Below, piece by piece: positions 18,401-27,614 of a DNA stretch of 41,443 nt. The notes beneath the pieces are model-generated. The model saw nothing but the letters and a program-made list of their open reading frames with translations, was not told the origin of the DNA and did no database searches. The stretch spans positions 1 to 41,443 of the forward strand of contig JBOHTO010000026.1 of the NCBI GenBank assembly GCA_050733695.1, given 5' to 3'. Source of the stretch: Gemmatimonadaceae bacterium (GTDB lineage: Bacteria; Gemmatimonadota; Gemmatimonadetes; Gemmatimonadales; Gemmatimonadaceae). The translations under genes and the position numbers were made by a program. The stretch's first letter is position 1. Each line of letters opens with the position of its first letter.

Positions 18401-18408
18401 CCGCCGAC

Positions 18409-18508
18409 TCTGCGCCTGTATTCGGACTCGAGGCACGACCGGTGAGAGCCACTGCTTGAACCCGGGCACGCTGAGGCCGACCCTGCCCCTGTATTCGGAC
18501 TCGAGGCG
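18409..18508. repeat. Two copies of a 25-bp direct repeat CTGC(G/C)CCTGTATTCGGACTCGAGGC separated by ~50 bp
   Basis: Copies at ~18409-18433 and ~18484-18508 differ at one position. They lie in the intergenic region between two lipoprotein-like genes. Confidence 0.85.
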
Positions 18509-18751
18509 CGAGGCAAATTCGACGGACAGAAAGTCTGCCTGCCCCGTCGTTTTGTCCCTTCGGTTCTATCGGACCGCCGTGTTCATCGAGTTAGTCCCGG
18601 ACTGAGCGGCATAACGAGCTCTACTGTAAGAGCACACGACTTGCCTTGTAGTCGGCGCCAGCAGTGGTCTGCGGCGCGGTGCGGGGGAGGCGGCTGGGCC
18701 CCCGAGGACGGCGCCCGACCCGAATTGCCATCACCCGCTCGGAGCCTCATC

Positions 18752-19366
18752 ATGCTTCAGCCACGCAGACTCACAATACCGTTCGCGTTTCTATTCCTCG
18801 TCGCAGGCCCGGCGTGTTCCGACGACAGTGGAACGCTATTCGAGCCAGAGCCGCTCCCGGCACCGGAGTCGCTTGCGGTTCCGACAACGGCCGACCCGCT
18901 ACTCGGCGGGCTCATCTCCGGAGTCGGCGGCCTTGTTGGGGGTACGGTCGGTGGCCTGACCGGCCTTGTGGGCGGCCTTGTTGAGGGTCTCCTGGGGTGT
19001 CCGGTGGAGCGCACCTATACAGCCAGCGAGAGCATCGGGTACTGGGGTGGGACGCTCCAAGTGGGCCCGCACGAGCTGTATGTCCCGCGCGGCGCTCTCT
19101 CGCAGAGAGTGACGATCACGGCCGTGGCGCCGGCCGGGAACTATGCGCAGGTGGACTTCGAGCCTGAGGGGCTCACTTTCGACAGGCCGGTGGCGCTCAA
19201 GCTGAGTTACGAGGAGTGCGGATCGGTTGACGCGGAGCTGCTGCGTGTCGTCTACGTGGATGACGCTGGCGAAATCGCCGAGGTCCTGCCGTCGATGATC
19301 AACCGGTGGGATGAGAGCGTCACGGGTCTGCTGGATCACTTCTCGGTCTACGCACTCGCCGATTGA
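18752..19366 (+). CDS. Hypothetical secreted/lipoprotein with Gly-rich GGL(V/T)GG linker
   Basis: The probable start is MLQPRRLTIPFAFLFLVAGPACSDD (ATG 18752) within listed ORF 18641..19366. Its stop overlaps the start of the TPR-HD-GYP gene. Confidence 0.45.
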   Translation: MLQPRRLTIPFAFLFLVAGPACSDDSGTLFEPEPLPAPESLAVPTTADPLLGGLISGVGGLVGGTVGGLTGLVGGLVEGLLGCPVERTYTASESIGYWGGTLQVGPHELYVPRGALSQRVTITAVAPAGNYAQVDFEPEGLTFDRPVALKLSYEECGSVDAELLRVVYVDDAGEIAEVLPSMINRWDESVTGLLDHFSVYALAD

Positions 19367-20994
19367 GCGTGCCGACTCTACCGTGGCAGCGGGATAGCGC
19401 AGCACTCACGGCGTTCACGAAGCCTGCCATCTCGCGCGCCCGGCCCCTCCTCCTGGAGGCGCGTGAGCTCGAGCGGGCAGGCCGGGTGAGCGAGGCGGCC
19501 GAAGCATACAGTGCGGCCGCCGATGCAGCGGGGAGAAGCACCGAGGCGGGAATACTCGCCGAGGCGCTTCGGCGGCTGGGCAACATCAGGCGGCGCCGGC
19601 ACGAGACCGCGGAAGCCATCGGATTGTACCAGCAGAGTCAGGAGGTGGCGACGGAGGCCGGTGACAACGTCATGGCAGCCGAAGCGCTGAACGGGCTCGC
19701 GCTCGTCGAGATCGAGCGTGGCGAATGGGGTGCCGCTCGCGCGCACCTGCACCGCGCTCTCTATCTGGGCTCGGACAGCGGTGAGCTGTGTGGTCGCATC
19801 CAGCAGAACCTGGGCATAATGGCGAACATCCATGGGGATTTCGTAAAGGCCCTCTCGCACTATCAGAGGTCGCTGGAGGCGTTTCGCGCCGCTCATGATG
19901 AGCGCGGCTGTGCGATCGCCTATCACAATCTTGCGATGATAAGCGCGGACCGGCAGCTCTGGGACGATGCCGACAGCTACTACCAGGCGAGCCTGGAGAT
20001 CGCCGAATCGACGAGTGACGTGCAGATGCGCGGGCTCGTGCTGCTGAACCGGACCGAGGTGTACCTTGCGCGGCAGCGGTACGAGGACGCGCGTCGAAGC
20101 GCGGAGGAAGCTCTGCGCGTGTTCGATGGTGTGGAATCCAGACTGTACAAGGCCGAGGCGTACAAGTTTCTCGGGATGCTGTACCGTGAGACAGGCCAGC
20201 CCGCATTGGCGGAGGCGCGCTTTCGAGGTGCGATCGAGCTGGCGGAGATGGCCGGCTCTCCGCTGAGTGAAGCGGAGACATCACGCGAGATGGCGCTTCT
20301 CTTCCAGAACCTGGGCCGCAGCCAGGACGCGCTCAAACTGCTGAACACGTCGCACCGACTGTTCCGTCGTCTGGATGCACGGGCGGACCTGGTCGATGTA
20401 AACGCCAAGGTCAGCCACCTCGAGGGCGTGTATCTCAGCATCGTGCGGGACTGGGGTCGCTCGATCGAGTCGAGCGACTGCTACACGTTCGGCCACTCGG
20501 AGCGCGTGGCCACCTATGGAGAGGCACTCGCGAGTGCGTACGGTCTGGACGCCGCGGACGTGACCACCGTGCGCATCGGCGCATATCTGCACGACCTGGG
20601 CAAGGTGCGTATTCCGCACGAGATCCTCAACAAGCCGGGGCGATTAACGCCCGAAGAGTTCGAGATGATGAAGATGCATCCCGAGTACGGTCTTGAGATG
20701 CTGGCCTCGGTGGAGTTCCCCTGGGAAATCAAGCCGGTGATCCGTTCGCACCACGAGAAGATGGACGGCTCGGGCTATCCGGACCGGCTCCGCGGCGATG
20801 AGATCCCGCTGTCGGCGCAGATCATCTGCATGGTCGATGTGTTCGATGCGCTGACCACGAACCGGAGTTATCGCACCGCGATGCCGCTCGACCGCGCGCT
20901 TGGCGAGATCGAGGCCTGTCGGCGCTGGTGGCGCTCCGACGTATTCGACGCGTTCTGGTCGTCGCCAGTGGTGAGCTCGTCGCTGGCCGCGTAG
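19363..20994 (+). CDS. TPR-repeat protein with C-terminal HD-GYP domain (c-di-GMP phosphodiesterase family)
   Basis: The N-terminal ~330 aa are TPR-like helical repeats. The C-terminus carries HD-GYP hallmarks: HSERVA…LHDLGKVRIP, HHEKMDGSGYP and DVFDALT..R.YR. Start TTG 19363 or GTG 19369. Confidence 0.8.
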   Translation: MSVPTLPWQRDSAALTAFTKPAISRARPLLLEARELERAGRVSEAAEAYSAAADAAGRSTEAGILAEALRRLGNIRRRRHETAEAIGLYQQSQEVATEAGDNVMAAEALNGLALVEIERGEWGAARAHLHRALYLGSDSGELCGRIQQNLGIMANIHGDFVKALSHYQRSLEAFRAAHDERGCAIAYHNLAMISADRQLWDDADSYYQASLEIAESTSDVQMRGLVLLNRTEVYLARQRYEDARRSAEEALRVFDGVESRLYKAEAYKFLGMLYRETGQPALAEARFRGAIELAEMAGSPLSEAETSREMALLFQNLGRSQDALKLLNTSHRLFRRLDARADLVDVNAKVSHLEGVYLSIVRDWGRSIESSDCYTFGHSERVATYGEALASAYGLDAADVTTVRIGAYLHDLGKVRIPHEILNKPGRLTPEEFEMMKMHPEYGLEMLASVEFPWEIKPVIRSHHEKMDGSGYPDRLRGDEIPLSAQIICMVDVFDALTTNRSYRTAMPLDRALGEIEACRRWWRSDVFDAFWSSPVVSSSLAA

Positions 20995-21061
20995 CCGCTC
21001 GCACACGTTCCAGGTTTGCGGGAAGCTGTCGGGAAACACGCCTGACCCGGACTGCGGCGCT

Positions 21062-21283
21062 TCAACCGGAGTAGACGATGTCGCCTTCGTCGTCTATTCC
21101 CATCTCCTGGTGCATTCCGCAGACACCGCATACCCTGACCGCGTGCCAAACCTCGCCGAACTCCTCGCGATGCGCGTCGCTCGCGGGGCGGATGCTGAGC
21201 TTCTTGTAGCTGTACTCACCGCAATTCTCGCATGGGTGCGCACGTGCGATGCGCTCGGCGCGTTCGTGCGAAATCCGCGTCAA
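21062..21283 (-). CDS. Small zinc-ribbon protein (CxxC…CxxC), co-operonic with the SPFH gene
   Basis: 73 aa. HPCENCG…VCGVCG four-Cys arrangement. It starts 2 nt after the SPFH stop. Confidence 0.45.
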   Translation of the reverse strand: MTRISHERAERIARAHPCENCGEYSYKKLSIRPASDAHREEFGEVWHAVRVCGVCGMHQEMGIDDEGDIVYSG

Positions 21284-21285
21284 TC

Positions 21286-22395
21286 CTACCGCTCCGCGTC
21301 CTTGTCACCGGCGGCTTCGCTGAGCGCGCGCGCGGTAGCTCGTGGCGGCTTGTAGCCGGACCGGCCAGCGGGCGGCGTATCTGGAGGGCCGCCGCCGACG
21401 CCTCCCCCGCCCCCCATCCCTTCCGGTCCCAGGCGCGCGAGCATCTCGCGCAGGCCGCCGAACGCGCCGAGCATCCCGGTTGCCTCCGCGGGGAGGAAGA
21501 TGGTCGTCCCAGCCCCCCGGGTCACGGCCGGCAGCGCCTCGAGATACTTGAGGCCCAGCAGGTACATCGCTGCCTGGCCTTCGGGAAGCGAGGCGGTAAT
21601 CCGCTCGATCGCCTCCGCTTCTGCCTGCGCCATCGCGAGCCGGGCCTCGGCGAGACCCTGGGCCCGCAGGATGGCCGCATCCTTCTCGCCCTCGGCGCGA
21701 CGCACCTGGGCTTCACGCACGCCTTCGGACTCGAGAATCGCGGCTCGCTTTCCGGCTTCGGCGTTGGTCACGGCGGCGCGGCGCTCGCGCTCGGCGCGCA
21801 TCTGCAGCTCCATCGACTGCTGGATGTCGTGTGGTGGTTCGATGGATTGAAGCTCGACACGAGTGACATCCACTCCCCATCCGATCGACGCTTCCTCGAT
21901 CACCTCGCGCATGCGCTTGTTGATGACGTCGCGGCTGGCAAGAGTCGAATCGAGCTCCATCTCGCCGACGATGTTGCGGAGTGTCGTGCGCGTCAACGTC
22001 TCGAGCGCGTAGGGGAGGTTCTGAACGGCGTAGGTTGCCTTTTGCGGATCGGCCACCCGGTAGTAGAGAACTGCGTCGATGTCGATCGTGACATTGTCCT
22101 TGGTGATTACCGGCTGGCTGGGGAAGTTCAGCACCTGTTCCCGCAGGTCGATCCGGGATGTGGACCCGGATGTGATCCGCTTCACACCGCCGATATCTGC
22201 TTCGAAATAGCGGACATCTATCGACTTCGGTCGCTCGACAAACGGTATGAGGATGTTGAGCCCGGAGCGAGCGAGGCGGTGGAAGCGGCCGAGCCGCTCG
22301 ATGACCATCACCTCGGCCTGTCCGACGATCTTGAGGGAACTTGTGCCGATGAACAGCACGAAGAGCGCGATGATGCCGATTATGATGGCGGTCAT
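21286..22395 (-). CDS. SPFH/band-7 (stomatin/prohibitin-like) membrane protein with Gly-rich C-terminal tail
   Basis: N-terminal TM helix (IIIGIIALFVLFIG). SPFH core: IVGQAEVMVIERLGRFHR.A.SGLNILIPFVE…DNVTIDIDAVLYYRV.DP. A coiled-coil Ala/Glu-rich region follows. Confidence 0.85.
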   Translation of the reverse strand: MTAIIIGIIALFVLFIGTSSLKIVGQAEVMVIERLGRFHRLARSGLNILIPFVERPKSIDVRYFEADIGGVKRITSGSTSRIDLREQVLNFPSQPVITKDNVTIDIDAVLYYRVADPQKATYAVQNLPYALETLTRTTLRNIVGEMELDSTLASRDVINKRMREVIEEASIGWGVDVTRVELQSIEPPHDIQQSMELQMRAERERRAAVTNAEAGKRAAILESEGVREAQVRRAEGEKDAAILRAQGLAEARLAMAQAEAEAIERITASLPEGQAAMYLLGLKYLEALPAVTRGAGTTIFLPAEATGMLGAFGGLREMLARLGPEGMGGGGGVGGGPPDTPPAGRSGYKPPRATARALSEAAGDKDAER

Positions 22396-22555
22396 GGGTA
22401 CTCCCGTGAGGAAAGCGACGCCACGCGCCCGCGGGTGCGGCGCGCGAGACTACATACTATCGGCGGAATCGCGCGGGAGCAAAGAGGGACGGACGCATTC
22501 CCGCAGGGAGGACGACGCGCGGGCCGGACCGGGGCAGACCCCGGCCCGGACGCGG

Positions 22556-24148
22556 TCATGGGTTTGCTGTAGCCTGCTCGCGTCGGGCGATGGCGAACAG
22601 GTCTGCCTGACTGTTCCCTCTGGCGAGCACTTCGATCGCCTTGCGCAGGGGCGCATCGTTGCCGACCTCTCGGCGAGCGACTGCCGAATCGCCGAACGCG
22701 AGCGCCGCGATCTTGCGGGCGAGTTGGCGATCGACCCAGTGGGAGCCGGCTTCATATTCCTGCCTGCTGACCTCGACGCCGGCGGCCGTCAGCCGGCGGA
22801 AGAACTCATCGCGCCAGGACTGATCCACCTCGAAGGCGCGGTTGACACCGGGCTTGAGCTCCAGTGCGTAGTCGTGGAGTGTGACATAGACGATCTGCCA
22901 ATCGCTCCGCAGGGCCTTCACCAGAGTCTGTTCGGGACTCGTAAGCGTGTCGTTGGCCACGATGATGTCGGGGGTGATGGCACCGCCGCCGTATACGACC
23001 CGGCCCGCATCGGAGCGATAGACAGGACGCGTTGCCTTGACAGCCTCCGTCTCGACCGAATCGGTCTCCTCCTCGACGAACTGGCCGTCGACGACTGTCC
23101 GTTCCTTCTGGATCGAACGGCCGCTGGGGGTGAACCACTTGGCGGTCGTCATCTTGAGACCAAAACCACCCTCGAGTGGATACAGAGTCTGGACGAGTCC
23201 CTTGCCGAACGAAGTGGTGCCGACGATCAGGGCGCGATCGTGATCCTGCAGCGCACCAGCCACGATCTCCGAAGCGGATGCCGTACGCTCATCGATCAGC
23301 ACGACGAGCGGCATTGACGGAAGCACCGGTTCAGCATCCGTGACGAATTGCTGCGGGGCCATCGCACGACCTCGCACGCTCGCGATCTCACGTCCTTCGC
23401 GCAGGAAGAGATTGCTGACTGCCAGTGCCTGATCCAGAATCCCGCCCCCATTTCCGCGCAGATCAAGGATGACTCCGCGGACCCGCTGTTTCCGGAGTGC
23501 TTCCAGTGCGTCAGCGAGCTCGCTGCTTGCCGTCTCGTTGAACTGCTGGAGCGGTACGTAGCCGACGCTGCTATCGAGCATGATGGCGTACGGTACCGCG
23601 GGGATGTGGATGATGGCTCGGGTGAGGTCGAGCTCGATCGGCTCGTCCACGCCGGGTCGGGCGAAGCGCACCGTGACGCGCGTTCCCGGCGGGCCGGTGA
23701 GGGAGTCTGAGACCTGGGTGATGTCCCAGCCCTCGGTGGAGTGTTCCTCGACGCCTGCGATCCGGTCGCCTTCCAGGATGCCGGCACGTTCGGCGGGCGT
23801 GTTGGGAAAAACACGGCTGACGGTGATGTAGCCGCGCTGATCCTCGATCTGCATCCCTATGCCACCGTAGCGTCCGCCCGTGGTGGCACTGAACCGCCGG
23901 AGCTCCTTGGGAGTGAGCAGCTCGGTGAACGGGTCATTGAGGCCTTCGACCAGACCGTTCGCCGCCTGCTCATAGAGCTCGGCCATGTCGAGGGTGTCGA
24001 CGAAGCGCTCGGACACCAGAGTGAGCACCTGATCGAACAGCTTCGCACCATCGCGTGCCTCGCGCTCCTGCAGGAGGAACCCGCCCGCGAGCACAGGCAT
24101 GACCGCGAGAGCTGCTATGATCACCTTGTGATTTCGGGGCAGGGACAT
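22556..24148 (-). CDS. S41-family C-terminal processing peptidase (Ctp/Prc-like) with PDZ domain
   Basis: Likely start MSLPRNHKVIIAALAVMPVLAGG (ATG 24148) within the listed ORF. PDZ (GGIGMQI…V.RVFPNTPAERAGILEGDRI). S41 catalytic region (GVILDLRGNGGG…LIDE.TASASEI.AGALQD…GT.SFGKG). Confidence 0.85.
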   Translation of the reverse strand: MSLPRNHKVIIAALAVMPVLAGGFLLQEREARDGAKLFDQVLTLVSERFVDTLDMAELYEQAANGLVEGLNDPFTELLTPKELRRFSATTGGRYGGIGMQIEDQRGYITVSRVFPNTPAERAGILEGDRIAGVEEHSTEGWDITQVSDSLTGPPGTRVTVRFARPGVDEPIELDLTRAIIHIPAVPYAIMLDSSVGYVPLQQFNETASSELADALEALRKQRVRGVILDLRGNGGGILDQALAVSNLFLREGREIASVRGRAMAPQQFVTDAEPVLPSMPLVVLIDERTASASEIVAGALQDHDRALIVGTTSFGKGLVQTLYPLEGGFGLKMTTAKWFTPSGRSIQKERTVVDGQFVEEETDSVETEAVKATRPVYRSDAGRVVYGGGAITPDIIVANDTLTSPEQTLVKALRSDWQIVYVTLHDYALELKPGVNRAFEVDQSWRDEFFRRLTAAGVEVSRQEYEAGSHWVDRQLARKIAALAFGDSAVARREVGNDAPLRKAIEVLARGNSQADLFAIARREQATANP

Positions 24149-24236
24149 TGTGATGCGTGCTCGGGTGTGAGGGAGACAGATTGGAATACGCCCGACCGTC
24201 CGGGGAGTTCCCGCAGAGTTTGAGAGGCTACAGAGG

Positions 24237-24449
24237 CTACCAGTTCGTGCCGGACACGGGCAGCGTGTCACCGCTCTCGGATGAACCACCTTCGGAGCCG
24301 CTGTCCCACAGCTTCTTCCACGAGATCTCACGCCCCTTCCGGTAGCCCTTCTGCGTAACCTTCACGCCTTCCGGGGAGATGGTCACCATGTAGGCCTGAC
24401 CGTCCATCTCGATCTCGCGCTTTATGGTCTTCTCGAGTTTGGTTGCCAT
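24237..24449 (-). CDS. Hypothetical small protein (70 aa)
   Basis: Start MATKLEKTIKREIEMDGQAYMVTISPEGVKVTQKG… (ATG 24449) preceded by AAGGGAGAA with a 5-nt spacer. It lies downstream of the RepA-like gene on the same strand. Confidence 0.45.
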   Translation of the reverse strand: MATKLEKTIKREIEMDGQAYMVTISPEGVKVTQKGYRKGREISWKKLWDSGSEGGSSESGDTLPVSGTNW

Positions 24450-24554
24450 CTGTTCTCCCTTGCTTGAAATGGGGTTCATGTCCCGTGCACGCCGCCGTTT
24501 CCCCGGCGCGGTCCGACCGTTCATGCAAGCTTCGCGCTTGACCCTTCCCTATCC

Positions 24555-24578
24555 CTCACGTGACGATCATCACGTGAG
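24555..24578. promoter_or_regulatory. Perfect 9-bp inverted repeat CTCACGTGA-cgatca-TCACGTGAG overlapping the stop of the RepA-like gene
   Basis: Read directly from the sequence. Each arm also contains the CACGTG palindrome. No U-tract follows on either strand. Confidence 0.8.
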
Positions 24579-25421
24579 TCGAGTTGCAAGCACGTAGTCC
24601 ACGTACCACTCCCTCTGATACTGGCGAACGATAACGTCCCGCACCAGTCCGGCGGAGAGAAGCATCTCGTGAGCGGGCTGAAGCACCCGTTGAAGGTGCG
24701 AAGGATACCTCTGAGTCAGCGGAAAACGTTCCGCTAACCGCGCCAGCGCGATCCGCCATGTGACCATTCCCTCCTCCCGCCCGACTTCCAGCAGCCGGTA
24801 GAGTCGGCGCGCGACCGGCGATGAGAGAGCGAAGTAGCGTTGCGCAGAAAGGGTCACCGTATGGCCCGCCGCAATGTTACCGCGTATCATGGGCGAGATG
24901 ACGACGCGCGCATCACCCGGCTCGCCCGAGGCGAGCGAGGGAAAGAGCGCGAACTGCACGCGATCGCCCACCCGGCGGCGATCCACCGATACTGCCGACA
25001 GGATCGAGAAGCTGCCGTCGACCGGGCTTCTGGCGGTGGCGTCGAAATAACTGCCCTTCGAATCCAGCACCGTCCGTTGCAGCCGCGTGAGGGCGGAGCG
25101 AAGCTGCTCATAGGTCCTGCCGTCCACACGCCTTCCCATCGATCGGAGAAAGGCGTGGAGGGTGAAGGATATGCCGCCATCCTCCGGCTCTTCCGCCTCG
25201 TGAAAGCGACGGAGCAGCTCGACGTAGACATCCTGATCGAACGTGCCCGGAATGCGGTCCCCGGGCGCGGGAAGTGCCCGCCATTTCCCTCCCTGCTCGG
25301 TGGTATAGCTGAGGGAGGAATCGTCCGCGGAATCGCTGAGGCGGAAGAGAGGCAGCGACTCCAGCGACCGATCGAGCACGACCGTCCGTCCGATGGAGCG
25401 TCGGCGCGCGGCGACACTCAT
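24570..25421 (-). CDS. Plasmid-type replication initiator protein A (RPA/RepA family)-like protein
   Basis: LPLFRLSD…LSYT…, …ISFTLHAFLRSMGRRVDGRTYEQLRSALTRLQRTVL…, YFALSSPVARRLYRLL and WRIALARLAERFPL follow the block structure of RPA-family initiators from alpha-proteobacterial plasmids (PFFSLSK…RTTDGRGYEALKEALERLKGT…YFRL..PLERRIYEIA…WRISLE.L). The opposite-strand N-terminal extension of ORF 24840..26882 has no domain. Confidence 0.55.
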   Translation of the reverse strand: MSVAARRRSIGRTVVLDRSLESLPLFRLSDSADDSSLSYTTEQGGKWRALPAPGDRIPGTFDQDVYVELLRRFHEAEEPEDGGISFTLHAFLRSMGRRVDGRTYEQLRSALTRLQRTVLDSKGSYFDATARSPVDGSFSILSAVSVDRRRVGDRVQFALFPSLASGEPGDARVVISPMIRGNIAAGHTVTLSAQRYFALSSPVARRLYRLLEVGREEGMVTWRIALARLAERFPLTQRYPSHLQRVLQPAHEMLLSAGLVRDVIVRQYQREWYVDYVLATRLT

Positions 25422-25515
25422 GGCGGGAAGGTGGAGAACGGCAGCGTCGCGGGCAAGAACGTGGGAGGGCCGGACAGGATTCCATCGACAGTCGGGGTGT
25501 TGGCAAATACGTTCC

Positions 25516-25545
25516 CCGTGCTACCCGTGCTACCCGTGCTCTGTC
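25516..25545. repeat. 9-bp tandem repeat (CCGTGCTAC x3) in the intergenic region upstream of the RepA-like gene; iteron-like
   Basis: TTCCCCGTGCTACCCGTGCTACCCGTGCTCTG read directly. It lies ~100 bp 5' of the repA-like start and ~40 bp 5' of the cls start. Confidence 0.8.
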
Positions 25546-25586
25546 GCCGGACAACAGCCGGCCCCCGCCACCGCTTCCTGCCGCCA

Positions 25587-26882
25587 GTGCTCAAGATCAT
25601 CGCGTTCATCGTCCTCGGGCTCATCCTCGCCGCGTTCGCGGTCATCGGCCTTCTGTACGTGACACGCGGCACTCCGCTGCAGAGCGTACGTGCCGTGGGA
25701 GATGACAGCGAGCCGCCGGCTGTGACCGACCCGCAGTTCCGGCATACCGCGGAACTGCTGTCGAAGATGTCGATCCAGCCGGGCAACTCCGCCGATATCC
25801 TGCTCAACGGAGACGAAACCTACCCGCGGCTCTGGGAGGACCTGCGAAGCGCACGAAAATCGATAACGCTGCAGCTCTACTACGTACGGCCTGGGCGCAT
25901 GGCCGACACTCTCAGGACGATCCTGCTGGAGCGCTCCCGTGCCGGCGTGCACGTGCTCTTCCTTCACGACGCATTCGGATCGTCGGACATTGGTGAGGAG
26001 TACTTGGCGAGTCTGCGGCAGGGAGGCGTACGAGTCGCCGTATTCCGGCCGATCCACTGGTACTCGATCGACAAGGCGACGAGTCGCTCGCACATCCGGG
26101 TGGTGGTCGTCGACGGTGAAATTGGCTATACGGGCGGTTTCGGAATCGATGACAAATGGTTTGGCGATGGCCACACCGTCGGAGAATGGCGGGACACCAA
26201 CGTGCGCTTCCGTGGGCCGGCCGTGATGCAGCTCCAGGCAACGTTCGCAGCCGGATGGGTGGAAGCCACGGGGGTACTCCTCGTGGGCGACCTGTTCTTC
26301 CCCGCTCACGAGTTCACCGAGGACGACGGACCATATCTGGCCGCGCTGCTGCACGCCTCACCGACGGTGGGGAGTACCGCTGCCGAACGGTTCCTTGCGC
26401 TGTCGATCGCAGGCGCGCGTCGGAGTCTCTATATCAGCAACTCGTACTTCGTGCCGGACGACGATTTTCGCCGTCTGCTCACGACTGCGGCGCAGAGCGG
26501 CGTGGATGTGCGAATTCTGACTGCGAGTGAGAAGACCGACATCAAGGCCACGTGGCGTGCCGGGCGATATCGTTACGAGGAACTGCTCTCGGCGGGCGTA
26601 CGCGTGTACGAGTACCAGCCAGCAATGATGCACGCGAAGACATTCGTCGTGGATGGAGTCTGGTCCAGCATCGGTACCATGAACATCGACAACAGGTCGC
26701 TCGCCTTCAACGACGAATCGAACCTCGTGGTCGCCGGAGCGGAGTTCGGGTCACGCCTCGAGGCGGTGTTCCTCGACGACCTTCGATACTCGCACGAGTT
26801 CACGCTGGAGGAGTGGCGAGAGCGGCCATGGACCGAGCGTGTGAAGGAGTGGATCGCGAACACAATGTCCCGGCTGCTCTGA
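25587..26882 (+). CDS. cls: Cardiolipin synthase / phospholipase D-family protein with two HKD motifs
   Basis: N-terminal TM helix (VLKIIAFIVLGLILAAFAVIGLLYV). HKD motif 1 HIRVVVVDGEIGYTGGFGIDDKW and HKD motif 2 MHAKTFVVDGVWSSIGTMNIDNRS. Start taken as GTG 25587; the listed ORF begins 24840 but is antisense to the repA-like gene there. Confidence 0.8.
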   Translation: MLKIIAFIVLGLILAAFAVIGLLYVTRGTPLQSVRAVGDDSEPPAVTDPQFRHTAELLSKMSIQPGNSADILLNGDETYPRLWEDLRSARKSITLQLYYVRPGRMADTLRTILLERSRAGVHVLFLHDAFGSSDIGEEYLASLRQGGVRVAVFRPIHWYSIDKATSRSHIRVVVVDGEIGYTGGFGIDDKWFGDGHTVGEWRDTNVRFRGPAVMQLQATFAAGWVEATGVLLVGDLFFPAHEFTEDDGPYLAALLHASPTVGSTAAERFLALSIAGARRSLYISNSYFVPDDDFRRLLTTAAQSGVDVRILTASEKTDIKATWRAGRYRYEELLSAGVRVYEYQPAMMHAKTFVVDGVWSSIGTMNIDNRSLAFNDESNLVVAGAEFGSRLEAVFLDDLRYSHEFTLEEWRERPWTERVKEWIANTMSRLL

Positions 26883-26946
26883 TGCTGGCCGGCCGTGGTC
26901 CGGGCGGCAGGTCTGACTGGCGCGGCCGATCCTGCTACCGGATGTT

Positions 26947-27492
26947 CTACCGGATGTCCTCGCGGCCTAGCGCGGCTCGAACGGCCTCGCGCATCGCGAT
27001 GAGCGCATCCTCGCGTGCGGCCGGTGAGTCATCGCGGACGTGCAGCTCGATTCCGTCAGTAACAGCGAACCGCTGCCAGCTCACGGGGCTGTCGTCGTCG
27101 TTCGCGACGGCTACGTCGGCGCCGACGCCCAGGGCGGGCGAGAGGGACTGCGCCACTCTGCGCTCAAGGGCATCACCCGTGAGGTCGTGCATCTCATTCC
27201 TGATGAGGTCGAGTGTCTGACCCTCCCGTTGCCTGATCTTGATCGCGAGTAGCTGCAGGAGATGCCGGTAGTTGTAGGTGGCAGCGGTACCCGTTCCTTC
27301 GGGTCGATCCAGCAGCCCACTTGCCACGTAGAATCGTACGGCACGCGCGCTGGGAGCTGCACGCGCCGATGCGTTGGTGGGCCGTATGCCGGCAGCGTCC
27401 ACGAGGGCCGTCACGTGGGCCGCGAGCCCGCGCGCATTCCAGGGCGCGTGCCTCGAGTGCGTTCGCAGCAGTGCGACGGGTGAGTCCTGCAT
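26947..27492 (-). CDS. Putative MerR-family-like transcriptional regulator (weak)
   Basis: The segment VRFYVASGLLDRPEGTGTAATYNYRHLLQLLAIKIRQREGQTLDLIRNEM resembles the MerR HTH plus wing (…YYE..GLL.P.R...G.R.Y....L..L..I..LR..G.SL.EI). The N-terminus is atypically long. Confidence 0.35.
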   Translation of the reverse strand: MQDSPVALLRTHSRHAPWNARGLAAHVTALVDAAGIRPTNASARAAPSARAVRFYVASGLLDRPEGTGTAATYNYRHLLQLLAIKIRQREGQTLDLIRNEMHDLTGDALERRVAQSLSPALGVGADVAVANDDDSPVSWQRFAVTDGIELHVRDDSPAAREDALIAMREAVRAALGREDIR

Positions 27493-27614
27493 GCGGGAAA
27501 CAATAACCCGACCGGGAGCGGGCGTCGACCTGAGGTGCCGGAGGCTCGATGGAGAACGGGGCGCGAATCGCTCGCGCCCCGTTCTCCGCGTGCCTGGCGT
27601 TGGCTTCGCAGCAG

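Noticed and set aside
18385-18405. GGCGG-cattaa-CCGCC hairpin at the stop of gene 17693..18400 as an intrinsic terminator
   Set aside because: Short stem and no downstream T-tract.
18409-18508. CRISPR array
   Set aside because: Only two repeat copies, a 50-bp spacer atypical for repeat/spacer ratios, and no cas genes in the window.
21232-23317. Long plus-strand ORFs 21232..22572 and 22247..23317
   Set aside because: Antisense to the SPFH and S41 peptidase genes, which have clear family signatures.
24840-25586. N-terminal 250 aa of listed ORF 24840..26882 (upstream extension of cls)
   Set aside because: It has no cardiolipin-synthase homology. It is antisense to the RepA-like gene and lacks an ATG near the TM helix. 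cls more plausibly starts at GTG 25587.
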